Of a stretch of 64,000 nt of DNA, positions 37,453 through 46,214 are shown piece after piece. Source of the stretch: an uncultured virus (IMG/VR IMGVR_UViG_3300025009_000081) (Duplodnaviria; Heunggongvirae; Uroviricota; Caudoviricetes); the IMG/VR virus record IMGVR_UViG_3300025009_000081. One strand, given 5' to 3'. The translations under genes were made by a program, and so were the position numbers. Each line of letters starts with the position of its first letter. The stretch's first letter is position 1. The notes below the pieces were generated by a model, which saw nothing but the letters and a program-made list of their open reading frames with translations, was not told the DNA's origin and did no database searches.

Positions 37453-37534
37453 TAGTAGGGATGGGATTTGAACCCACACAGATTTCCTTTGCTCAATGAT
37501 AAACAAAGTGAGTTACCAATTACTCTACCCTGCG
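37453..37534 (-). ncRNA. tRNA-like element (non-canonical anticodon arm)
   Basis: TA-GAGT-AATTGGTA-ACTC D arm; GTGGG-TTCAAAT-CCCAT T arm; imperfect acceptor; no CCA. Confidence 0.7.
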
Positions 37535-37544
37535 ATGTTCTTTT

Positions 37545-37574
37545 ATTATACATTTTATTTGATACAATCAGCAA
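37545..37574 (-). promoter_or_regulatory. sigma70-type promoter
   Basis: TTGCTG-18-TATAAT. Confidence 0.7.
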
Positions 37575-37576
37575 AT

Positions 37577-37612
37577 AAAAAGGCCATTCCTTAATTTTGT
37601 GGAATAGCCTTT
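37577..37612 (-). terminator. intrinsic terminator
   Basis: AAAGGCTATTCC/GGAATGGCCTTTTT on the minus strand. Confidence 0.75.
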
Positions 37613-37726
37613 GTATATTTATAAGTTTTGTATTTAAGCCTAAGTTACTATTTCATACAATGTCTCCAAGCTAAGTTACTTCTCCGATACAGCATTGTGC
37701 TCTAAAAAGAGTATGTGTTCTCTTTT

Positions 37727-37755
37727 ATTATACATTTTTTCTGCTCGGATTGCAA
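37727..37755 (-). promoter_or_regulatory. strong sigma70-type promoter
   Basis: TTGCAA-17-TATAAT. Confidence 0.8.
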
Positions 37756-37763
37756 AATTATTT

Positions 37764-38957
37764 TCAGATCTGGAAAGGAAGCCAGAGAAAAGCCAGACCT
37801 GCAAGCACTAAACCCACACCAACAAGCAGACCAATCTTCCAGTCGAAAGGTGCCTGCACAGCCTCACCACAAGGCTCCCCAGAGGCCAGGGCAAGGTATT
37901 GTCTGCCCAGTGCTCTTACATTGCCATCTTGGGTAAGTCCTTGCAGAGGGGCTTTCAGGCCCAATACAGAGGTCCTACCATTCAGCTTGTCATCTTCCCC
38001 GGTGTTCTTGAAGTAGTACCAGCGTTCCACAACTTTTCTTGTTTGCCATATTTCAAAAACAAAATCTTTGAGGAACCAGGCTACTTGGAGATCACTCATA
38101 TTAGGGTTCACATTCCCAACCTCGGTGATCCACACTTTCCCAGTCCCGGAGTTTTGAGAAACCAGGTCAATCATGGAATTTATCCATGCCTCGTGCTGCT
38201 TCCTGGAAAAGTCACTGCCTACATCCACATAGGGGTACCAGTGCAGGTTTCCAATGTCAATTATATTCTTGGGCTCAAAGCCTAGTTTTCTCATTTCTGC
38301 AAAGACTCTGGTGTAGTATTTCTCTGTATTGAGAATTATGGGATCAAACTTGGGATTTTTTAATTCATAGACCTTTTGTCCGGCCCTGATTGTACCCAGT
38401 AGTGCTTTTGGCAGTCCCTCGAAGTTCCACAGCCCCGCCATGAGCAGCTTCACCTGACCCCTGGGGAAACTCATACCTTGAATTTGCTTCATCCAGTTTA
38501 CATAATATCTGGCATAGAGTTCTGGACTCATTGAGGGATAGACATTGGGCTCATTTGCTATTTCTACATAAAAATTTCTATCTGGGAAAGTCTTGAAGTA
38601 CAGATCCATATACTTTTGCAGTCTGGGGGCCTGGTCTGCCATCTGAGCCTGTAGTACTGCTGCCTTGGCACTTGTGTCCATGGTATAGAAGTTCTCCAGG
38701 ATGTATTTCATGTCCTTGCCCTTGAACACTCCACTGTTGAACTCATCCAAAGCACCAATAGTTATGTAGTCCAGATTGCTGTCAAAGTTCTCGGGTATGT
38801 ACCCAATCCTATAAGGGAACACTGGGTTCTTGGAAAGACTGGGGTTCTCCGGGCAAACTTTCAAAAAAGGATCAGTGCTTATTTCACCATAGAGATAGTA
38901 CCGGGAGTCCATGCTCCAGGAAAAAACAGCCAGTAAAAGAATCAGTACAGGTTTCAT
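37764..38957 (-). CDS. exported, C-terminally anchored clan GH-A glycoside hydrolase
   Basis: Signal peptide MKPVLILLLAVFSWS; acid/base EIANEPN; HWYP; nucleophile VWITEVG; C-terminal TM helix. Confidence 0.75.
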   Translation of the reverse strand: MKPVLILLLAVFSWSMDSRYYLYGEISTDPFLKVCPENPSLSKNPVFPYRIGYIPENFDSNLDYITIGALDEFNSGVFKGKDMKYILENFYTMDTSAKAAVLQAQMADQAPRLQKYMDLYFKTFPDRNFYVEIANEPNVYPSMSPELYARYYVNWMKQIQGMSFPRGQVKLLMAGLWNFEGLPKALLGTIRAGQKVYELKNPKFDPIILNTEKYYTRVFAEMRKLGFEPKNIIDIGNLHWYPYVDVGSDFSRKQHEAWINSMIDLVSQNSGTGKVWITEVGNVNPNMSDLQVAWFLKDFVFEIWQTRKVVERWYYFKNTGEDDKLNGRTSVLGLKAPLQGLTQDGNVRALGRQYLALASGEPCGEAVQAPFDWKIGLLVGVGLVLAGLAFLWLPFQI

Positions 38958-38964
38958 AGATCTC

Positions 38965-39573
38965 CTATTTGTTCGCATTTATTAGTACATTTCTGAGGTT
39001 CATGTTGATTTCGTTGTTGATGATCTTCGGTCCCATGTCTTTGCCCTCTGGGGTGAACATAGCCAGGTACTTGCCCAATTTGTCCAGGGCCTTGTGCCTG
39101 TCACATAGGATTACTGTACTTATTTTCTCCTCACAGTTTTTTCCAAAGAACTTGGTCTCGATGCGCTCAATACAGCACCTAAGTTCTGGAGCCAGGTCTT
39201 CCATCTTCTCAAATGCTGGTTGTCCCTCAGCATTGATCAAGTGCTTGGGGTCGTAGAAAGCCTGGGCATAGAGCATGTTCACAATCTTGGCCTCCAGTAC
39301 ACTTTTCCTCTGCTCAATTAGCTTGAGAACCACAACCTTCATCAGATCCAAAACTTTCCGGTCACTTAGAATGGTTCTGCTGAACTCATAGTTTGAGTCG
39401 TTGTCATTCTCCGGGTAAAGCCTCTTACATAAATCGAACTCACCGCTGAAGTCCTGGAGTGCATAGCTGATGACAAACTGCATCAGTCTGCCTTCCATGT
39501 TCTCAAACTGTGCATACTCATCACCAACTAATTTTCTACACGCACTTACAGTTGGCAGCTTTTCAATAGCCAT
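38965..39573 (-). CDS. terminase small subunit
   Basis: AF.DP..L....G, L.PELR.CI..IE and L.DR.KALD.LGKYL.MF pattern. Confidence 0.7.
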   Translation of the reverse strand: MAIEKLPTVSACRKLVGDEYAQFENMEGRLMQFVISYALQDFSGEFDLCKRLYPENDNDSNYEFSRTILSDRKVLDLMKVVVLKLIEQRKSVLEAKIVNMLYAQAFYDPKHLINAEGQPAFEKMEDLAPELRCCIERIETKFFGKNCEEKISTVILCDRHKALDKLGKYLAMFTPEGKDMGPKIINNEINMNLRNVLINANK

Positions 39574-39602
39574 AACTCTCCTGAGAAATATACTTTGGGA
39601 TC

Positions 39603-39642
39603 AAAAACAAAAAGTCCAAACGAATTTTTGTCTGGACTCTTT
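39603..39642 (-). terminator. terminator-like hairpin upstream of TerS
   Basis: AGAGTCCAGAC/GTTTGGACTTT followed by a T-rich tail. Confidence 0.65.
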
Positions 39643-39667
39643 GAGGAATGAATATGAATACTCTATT

Positions 39668-39697
39668 ATTATACAATTTTTTTCTCACTTTTTACAA
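39668..39697 (-). promoter_or_regulatory. sigma70-type promoter
   Basis: TTGTAA-18-TATAAT. Confidence 0.6.
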
Positions 39698-40467
39698 AAT
39701 TTCTTCAAATATACAGAAATATCTCTCTGGGTAAGGGTTGTTTTGGACTCTTTTGGTCTTTCATCGGGCACATACACCAAATCCCTAGGGGAGCTTACCA
39801 AGCCCTTATCCATGAAATAGGTTATACTTTCCCCAGTCATGGGTTCAAAGTTGACCTGAAGCCCTAGAAATGGAAAAGCCCTGGCTATCTTATGCAGGTC
39901 GTGCTCCAGGAAAATCTGATCTACTTCAACGGATTCATTAAAATAAATTTTTCCATCAGGTTTCAGCCAGGAATCAAAACTCACCGGGAAGCCTATTTTC
40001 AGAAATTTCAAAAATAAAATTTGATACCTGACCCTGGCTTTCTGAATTGTTATCTCAGAATAGTTCTTATTTAGTAGCCATTTTTCATAAAAAGCCTGTT
40101 GTCTTTCATCACTTCTGCATCTTAATCCAAAGATCTCATGGTTTATAAACTCATCCATATCCAGGCCAGATTTGTAAAAGTCCAGGTCACTACATCGGAA
40201 ACTTACTTCTAAAACTTGTTCTTTGCTGATTGCTTTTCCCTGGATATGTAGAAAGTTTCCTTTTCTTTGTTTCTGAATTACTTTCCACTTGCCTGGCCCT
40301 GGCTTCAATAAAAAATTTTTATTCACTAGGTTCTGTAGCTTTTGACTGGCCCAATTAGATGGTTTGCCAAATTGCCTGGCCAGTTCTACGGTGTGAAATT
40401 CCTGTTTTCTGGACTTCACCAGTTCCCAAATCTCTTTTTCTTGTTTTGATAATTTCAATTCTGACAC
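39685..40467 (-). CDS. N-terminal winged-HTH DNA-binding protein
   Basis: LSKQEKEIWEL...TVELARQFGK...ASQKLQNLV...L.K...G.W. Confidence 0.65.
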   Translation of the reverse strand: MSELKLSKQEKEIWELVKSRKQEFHTVELARQFGKPSNWASQKLQNLVNKNFLLKPGPGKWKVIQKQRKGNFLHIQGKAISKEQVLEVSFRCSDLDFYKSGLDMDEFINHEIFGLRCRSDERQQAFYEKWLLNKNYSEITIQKARVRYQILFLKFLKIGFPVSFDSWLKPDGKIYFNESVEVDQIFLEHDLHKIARAFPFLGLQVNFEPMTGESITYFMDKGLVSSPRDLVYVPDERPKESKTTLTQRDISVYLKKFCKK

Positions 40468-40526
40468 CTTGTTAAATCTATATTAGATATTACTAATATA
40501 CATTCGGTTTCAAAATTTTGGGCACA

Positions 40527-40552
40527 AAAAAGGGAAGTTGTTTAGACTCCCC
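40527..40552 (-). terminator. terminator, copy 1 of a 26-bp repeat
   Basis: GGGGAGTCTAAACAACTTCCCTTTTT on the minus strand. Confidence 0.7.
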
Positions 40553-40593
40553 CTAACAATCTTGGTAATGTATATCCTAGGGCTTTATATTAT

Positions 40594-40791
40594 TCATAGC
40601 GTAATACCCACTGTATAATCTACTAATTGACAATACAGGGAACTTTTAACCCTGTACAGTTTGGTTTTGTACACTTCAGTGTAATCACCTTTTTTCTTAC
40701 ACTGCAAAAAAAGGTTTATGTCTTTTAGGCTAATTTTGTTTTTAAAATCAGCTTTTATTTTTCTTGGATCTACTATTACTGAATAAATCAT
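40594..40791 (-). CDS. early-region hypothetical protein
   Basis: 65 aa; ATGA overlap. Confidence 0.55.
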   Translation of the reverse strand: MIYSVIVDPRKIKADFKNKISLKDINLFLQCKKKGDYTEVYKTKLYRVKSSLYCQLVDYTVGITL

Positions 40792-41138
40792 ACTATACCC
40801 GCCTTTTCTTTTAAACCCTGTATTAATTTTTTGGGTCCATAAATATCCAAAGCACTCTCAATAAACATTGAATCGCTATTAAAAAGCCCTTTAGCTTCTG
40901 CGCTGAAAATCTTCTCAATGGTATTTTTATCTTTGTGGTACCAACTTCTAAACAGGTCACAATCTGCTATTTTTTTGTAGTGCTTTTCCAAAAGGCTACA
41001 TACCTCATCAAAATTTTTATGAAGTTTTGCAATCTGGAATAACCTTTCCAGATAACAGGGAAACTGTATATCCTTTCTCTCTTTGTCCATTTTGGCCATA
41101 TAGTTTTTTCGACTGCTGTATTCATTTGTGTAATTCAT
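40788..41138 (-). CDS. early-region hypothetical protein
   Basis: 116 aa; ATGA overlap. Confidence 0.6.
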   Translation of the reverse strand: MNYTNEYSSRKNYMAKMDKERKDIQFPCYLERLFQIAKLHKNFDEVCSLLEKHYKKIADCDLFRSWYHKDKNTIEKIFSAEAKGLFNSDSMFIESALDIYGPKKLIQGLKEKAGIV

Positions 41139-41626
41139 TTTTTCCTATCCTTTTTTGTTAGTGTAAAACATTGGGTCATTTTAAAACTGGTACTGTCCAG
41201 ACTGCAAATAAGATTTAGACTATCTGCTATCTGTTTACCTTTGTCGCTGTAGTTGGCCTCAAACCGATAAAATTCAGGTTTCAACCATCTTACAAATTGA
41301 TTTGAATTTAGCCCTATACCTACAGTTTCAATTCGGATAACTTCTGATTTGATACCATTGTATTTGCTTTCTTGCTCTCTATCGGTTTGATATTGAGTCC
41401 ATGTGAAGTTAACACTGTATTTTTTCAGGTCTTTCAAGCAATGCAAAGGTAGTTCAAAAGTCTCTGGTTTGCTTGAGACTGACATCATAAGATTTTCATC
41501 AAGTTCAGGCCTGTTTGACACTGGTAAAAGTTTGTTGCGCTTTTCCCATGCTTCCTTGAGGCTCTTTTGATACAAGTTGATTTGATAATCTAGTACTGGA
41601 AGTGTAAGCCAATTAAACATGTGCAC
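41135..41626 (-). CDS. early-region hypothetical protein
   Basis: About 160 aa within the operon. Confidence 0.6.
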   Translation of the reverse strand: MHMFNWLTLPVLDYQINLYQKSLKEAWEKRNKLLPVSNRPELDENLMMSVSSKPETFELPLHCLKDLKKYSVNFTWTQYQTDREQESKYNGIKSEVIRIETVGIGLNSNQFVRWLKPEFYRFEANYSDKGKQIADSLNLICSLDSTSFKMTQCFTLTKKDRKK

Positions 41627-41882
41627 CTACTTTTGCTTGGTATTCCTGAAGGAAACTTTTTGCATGGTTTAACGTCAAATCATAGTGACTGGCAAAACAT
41701 TCTACACTTAGAAAATTATTTACAAAGTCCAGATACATTCTCTGAGCTCTTTTTTCAGTGATTGAGAATTGCTTTTTTAAAACTATCCTACCATTGCCAC
41801 ACCAAAGGTAATGATAGCCCAATTTTTTGGCTTTTAAATATTTTGGAATATCTTGTTTTATTATGATAGTTTTAGTTCTCAT
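41613..41882 (-). CDS. early-region phage protein
   Basis: YLDFVNNFLSVECFASHY motif seen in small phage early proteins. Confidence 0.6.
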   Translation of the reverse strand: MRTKTIIIKQDIPKYLKAKKLGYHYLWCGNGRIVLKKQFSITEKRAQRMYLDFVNNFLSVECFASHYDLTLNHAKSFLQEYQAKVGAHV

Positions 41883-42253
41883 ATTCTACCGTAATTGTTA
41901 GCATTTACCCAAAATTTGCTATAATTTCCGGTCGTTTTTCCAGTGAGTATTTTTGAGAACGCATAATTGAAATTAGTTAATACATGAAAAATCATGTCCA
42001 TTCCACAACCATCAACTTTTATTTCATCGTGTTTTGTCATTTTTTCTTTTAAAACTTGAGCTATCAAGTAAGTGCACCAGACTATTTTGCCCTTATGTAT
42101 AGTGCAAAATTGCATTTTTCTCGACATACCAGATTTTGAAACACTTGTAATTTTTACATAAATGTTTTTCTTCATTACTTTTAATACTTGTATATCAAAT
42201 TCAGTTAGTCCCAAATCTGTTAATTTCTGTTTTTGCTTTGTGCTCATAACCAT
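41879..42253 (-). CDS. conserved early phage protein
   Basis: SVSKSGMSR...V.GCGMDM.F motif; AGGAG RBS. Confidence 0.7.
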   Translation of the reverse strand: MVMSTKQKQKLTDLGLTEFDIQVLKVMKKNIYVKITSVSKSGMSRKMQFCTIHKGKIVWCTYLIAQVLKEKMTKHDEIKVDGCGMDMIFHVLTNFNYAFSKILTGKTTGNYSKFWVNANNYGRI

Positions 42254-42371
42254 TTTCTCCTATTTAAAAAGTGTATTTTTGTTTTTGTTTTGCTTTTGTT
42301 ACAGTCTAGGGCCATTATAAACAGGCTCAAAACCATAAAAATCATAACCATTGTTTGACAGTCCGCTTCAA

Positions 42372-42872
42372 TCATATCGTGACCTCATTATATTGTAGGT
42401 ATTTTTGCTGTAAACCCCTCCATGTCCTATGGTATTTACTGATTCCAAAATGCTTGGGTTTACTTCCCACACCATGATAGATCAATACAAAAAGTTTTCT
42501 TTCATCGGGCCTAAGCAACTTCACAAAATCACTGCTAAACTGATCTTGTTCTTCACAGTGTATTACTTCATAGGGCATCGGGGCAAAACCAATACTTTTA
42601 GCCCTATCGGGCTTGTAGCCTTTTGTAAAACGCGTGTGTTTATCTACCATGCCTCGATTTTTTTCTTTGGCATAAAAATGCGAAAGTTTTGTGAGCTGCA
42701 TACATAGGTAGGTTGAAAAGCTAGCCCTTTCACTCCGGTATGTCCCCAGTGCTTTGCAAAAAATGAGATTTGCTTCACTTTTGAGGTCTTCATACTCTAT
42801 TTTTGTTTTGCTGGCATAACACCGGCAAAAATTATTAATCAGTCTCTCATAATCATTGTATTCAATTTTCAT
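42372..42872 (-). CDS. sigma70-family factor (region 2 clear)
   Basis: YERLI......Y....IEYEDL..EA.L.F.KA...Y......FSTY. Confidence 0.75.
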   Translation of the reverse strand: MKIEYNDYERLINNFCRCYASKTKIEYEDLKSEANLIFCKALGTYRSERASFSTYLCMQLTKLSHFYAKEKNRGMVDKHTRFTKGYKPDRAKSIGFAPMPYEVIHCEEQDQFSSDFVKLLRPDERKLFVLIYHGVGSKPKHFGISKYHRTWRGLQQKYLQYNEVTI

Positions 42873-42924
42873 AATCTTTCCTTTTTTTTGTTTGGTTTAA
42901 TCAATTACTGCTTTGCGGTCACCT

Positions 42925-42950
42925 AAAAAGGGAAGTTGTTTAGACTCCCC
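42925..42950 (-). terminator. terminator, copy 2 of a 26-bp repeat
   Basis: Identical to 40527-40552. Confidence 0.7.
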
Positions 42951-42960
42951 TTTTATAGTG

Positions 42961-43146
42961 TCAGTATGTCATGTCATAAAAATCATCTAAAGCAATTTTC
43001 ACATCTTTACCAGGGTCATCAAGGTACACACCCAAAACCCATTTATAGCCGACTTTGCGGACATGGAAGCGGTTGAAAGTTCTATCTGGCTGCCTATAAA
43101 CCATCTCTAATATTTCTTTTCTATTTATACTTAGTAGTGCTTTCAT
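42961..43146 (-). CDS. early-region hypothetical protein
   Basis: 61 aa with AAGGA RBS. Confidence 0.55.
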   Translation of the reverse strand: MKALLSINRKEILEMVYRQPDRTFNRFHVRKVGYKWVLGVYLDDPGKDVKIALDDFYDMTY

Positions 43147-43253
43147 AATTCTTATCCTTTTTTTTGTTAATTTTAATCAAACAGGACTAACTTTAGCCCT
43201 TTTGCCCTTATATCGGGCTATCTGCCTATAGTATCAGTAACGTTGTAGTGCTG

Positions 43254-43490
43254 TCATAGATGTACCCAGCCTAAGTGTGTAAGACGGCTATATCTGTCTA
43301 TATACCCTTTTCTAAGTGCAATTTTCAGGCACTTTCCAGAAAGATCATAGTCAAGATCCGTAAAAGTGCCCGATGGCGTGACAGTATCTGCCCAGACTCT
43401 AAAGTCCACAAAATCACCTATCTTTTTACCCTGTCCATGAGAAAAACATGAAGCTCTCAAAACTTTTTCTGTAATAATAAACTTTTTCAT
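43254..43490 (-). CDS. early-region hypothetical protein
   Basis: 78 aa with RBS; first gene after the non-coding region. Confidence 0.55.
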   Translation of the reverse strand: MKKFIITEKVLRASCFSHGQGKKIGDFVDFRVWADTVTPSGTFTDLDYDLSGKCLKIALRKGYIDRYSRLTHLGWVHL

Positions 43491-43499
43491 CTTTCCTAT

Positions 43500-44970
43500 C
43501 CTTTTTGCGTTGTTATCCTACATACATATAGGGTATATATCTAATATAATCAAAAAAAACCTACAAAACAATAAATGTATAAAAATATATCATTTAGCTA
43601 ATATATTGGAATCAATCTAATCTATCAGACCTACATAAGTATATTAGTAAACGCTAATATGACCTGGAAAACTGACCTGTAGTCTCCGGTAGATACATAT
43701 GAGCTGCATATGCTAAGGCCCCAAGGTATAAGCTAAGGCCCCAAGGTCACAGGATAGTATGAGATATAAGGGCAACAATCAAAATGGTTTAAGCTATGCA
43801 ATAATGCATATAGGTGCATAAGGGTCTGAGGTCACAGGGCTGGATCTGGAGTCAGAATTCCTCCATGCACCCATAATCCACAGGCCCCCACACCCTAGCT
43901 AAGTCCCTATCATATAAGCATTTACTAATTCGTATAACAAGTAATATGTAAACTAGATTATAGCAGAGTAAAACCATGCCAAAGCAATATATCAATTAGC
44001 ACATCAACATGAATGCATGGACTGTGACGATATGTCAAGGGCTAGGAGGGCCTGGGACGATATATCAAGGATTTTAGTGCCAGGCACTACCCTAGCTTTG
44101 CTTCCTGCGACTCCCGCTTAGGTATTCCTCAGAAAATCTTTTTAGTACAGAGTTGCTTAGAAAATTTTCCCAGACAATTTCTCATATATGGCTTTTAGAG
44201 CCTCTAGGGGCTTTGTAAGGGTTCCTTAGTACATTCTTTCACATATAGGCCCTTAGGTGCCTCACAAGTGTTCTGGTGGCTTTGTAGTTGTATTCCCACA
44301 CGCATGATCCTCAGTTTTTCTTTTTAGTACAGCTTAGTTCTGGGATTTTTCCGGTACTTTGCTCTATATTGGGCTTTTGCTCTCACACCTGTGCTTCCCA
44401 GTGCTTGTATTTTGGATTCCTAGGGCCTGTAGAGGCTTGTAGGGGTATTGGTAGGTATTTGCTTGGATATTGGTGTCCTGAGAGCTTGTAGAGGCTCTAT
44501 TGTGGGAATAGGATTCCAGGTCTTGTGTATGTGTTCCAGAATTTTTTATGGGATTTGGGTCTATATTGGGTTTCTTGGATAGGTTTGTATCTGTTTTGTT
44601 CTGGGTGCATACAAAGTATGGGATTTTGTTGGTACTGGTTTATGAGATTTTAGCTCATTGTAGGTATTTTCTCCGGGTAGTCTTGATTGTTGTTTTTAAT
44701 ATTTTTCAAAATCCAGTTTTACTATACGTTTTTTTGTGATTTGTGGGGAATTTAGGATAAATTGGGGCATTGAAGATATAAGTGTTTGTGATTTGTGGGT
44801 TCAATTATGGCTGTTTTAGGGCTGTTTTGTGTATATACAGGTGTATGTAAACTTTTCAGTGTTGAAATTTCTCAAATTTGGGCAGTTGGGCTGAAATTAT
44901 TTCCAGAAACCCCGTGTTTTTCTGAGTTCAGTGATTTAGAGTTTACAATTGAGGTGGCCAAATTTCGCTA
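43500..44970. other. long non-coding region with short repeats and a base-skew switch
   Basis: No credible ORF; tandem GCTAAGGCCCCAAGGT; A-rich then T/G-rich on the + strand. Confidence 0.65.
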
Positions 44971-44972
44971 AA

Positions 44973-45230
44973 TTAGGCATGTTCTTTTTTGGCTTGAAAG
45001 GGATCACTTTCGCTGTTGGTTGGTTCACCCAGGAGCAGTTGCTTTGCCCAGGAGACTCTTTTCCAGTCAGTGCTTATACTTCCAGGGCCATATGAGCTCA
45101 CCCAGTTCACCGGAGCAAACCAAGTGTTGCCGTCAAAGAGTCTTCCCACAGCAGCCATGGAGTGTCCACCTTCCTTCCAGTACAGTCTGTAGATGCCTAT
45201 GTGGAGTTTGTTGGCTTCTTTCTTAGTCAT
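44973..45230 (-). CDS. hypothetical protein
   Basis: 85 aa; ATGA overlap. Confidence 0.6.
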   Translation of the reverse strand: MTKKEANKLHIGIYRLYWKEGGHSMAAVGRLFDGNTWFAPVNWVSSYGPGSISTDWKRVSWAKQLLLGEPTNSESDPFQAKKEHA

Positions 45231-45541
45231 TGCTTCTCCCTCTCAGACATCGTGTAGTAGAGCTCCAGGAGTTTGCCCCGGATGTATGTGCTCCAGTGTT
45301 CATATGGCAGCAGTTCAAAGAAAAATGTGTCGAGCTGCACAGACAGTCTTGCTAATTTGTGATGTGTGTCCACTCTTATGTACCTTTCATAGATGTGAGA
45401 AAGAGGGGTTGCATGAATCACTACTTGTATTCCGATCTCTTCACCTATCTTGGGGACTTGTCTGTCTAGTTCCTCTTGGAGCTGTTCCCAGTGCATCATC
45501 TTCATTTGTTCTCCGGTTTCACAATTATACCACAGACACAA
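45227..45541 (-). CDS. hypothetical protein (start uncertain)
   Basis: Probably starts at MKMMHW after GGAG. Confidence 0.5.
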   Translation of the reverse strand: MCLWYNCETGEQMKMMHWEQLQEELDRQVPKIGEEIGIQVVIHATPLSHIYERYIRVDTHHKLARLSVQLDTFFFELLPYEHWSTYIRGKLLELYYTMSEREKQ

Positions 45542-45638
45542 GTATCACTGCACCTGGGCAAGTCTCTGACAAAAACTGTGGTTTTGTGGATGGGGCAGTA
45601 CAGAAGGGTATTTAGGTACTTGTAAGTGGTTCTTTTAA

Positions 45639-46214
45639 TCATTCTGGTATTTCTCCCCACCAAAAAATACTGAAGTCCTCAATTGGCACAGGTCCCCCAA
45701 ACATGTCCTGCCAGCCTGCTCCAATTACATACTTGGCTTCCCCTATACCTGGGTTGTGAAGTGCAGGGGTGCCTTCTTTGATCCATTGCTGTATGATTTC
45801 CTCACAGACAAGGCCTTTTAACAGTACCCACTTGCCTGATTCTGGCAGCACAAGCTCAGGGTTGTTCCAGTAGGGCCTTATTTCTCTGGACATGTATTCC
45901 TGCCACTCCCTTTCTCCGGGTTCTGTAGTCTCTACAGTGACTTTCTCACACCTGTGCTTCTCAGCTTGTATCCTTAGGCTCTCCCTAATGCTCTGGAAGG
46001 CTTCAGGTGGAATCTTCCCAATTTCGTCTAGGATCATCTCACCAAATCTGTTCCCAAGTTGCTCAATTCCCTCGGTTTTAGAATCCACATGCAGTACAAC
46101 ATTCACACTTGTACACTGTGAGCACACAAAATGCTTGGTCTGGGAATCGGGGTCCCATATAAGCAGCAGGTCTCCAAAAAAGACACACTTCTTACAAATT
46201 CCTCTGGTATTCAT
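45639..46214 (-). CDS. hypothetical protein with CxxC motifs and a DUF551-like C-terminus
   Basis: Start moved to MNTRG; W..P..LPE....VL...WW.EIPE. Confidence 0.55.
   Translation of the reverse strand: MNTRGICKKCVFFGDLLLIWDPDSQTKHFVCSQCTSVNVVLHVDSKTEGIEQLGNRFGEMILDEIGKIPPEAFQSIRESLRIQAEKHRCEKVTVETTEPGEREWQEYMSREIRPYWNNPELVLPESGKWVLLKGLVCEEIIQQWIKEGTPALHNPGIGEAKYVIGAGWQDMFGGPVPIEDFSIFWWGEIPE

Noticed and set aside
44288..44739. Two short + strand hydrophobic ORFs
   Set aside because: They have no RBS, and their hydrophobicity follows from the T-rich skew.
43700..44800. CRISPR array in the non-coding region
   Set aside because: The repeats occur only in pairs of 10-16 bp, without regular unique spacers, and no cas genes are seen.
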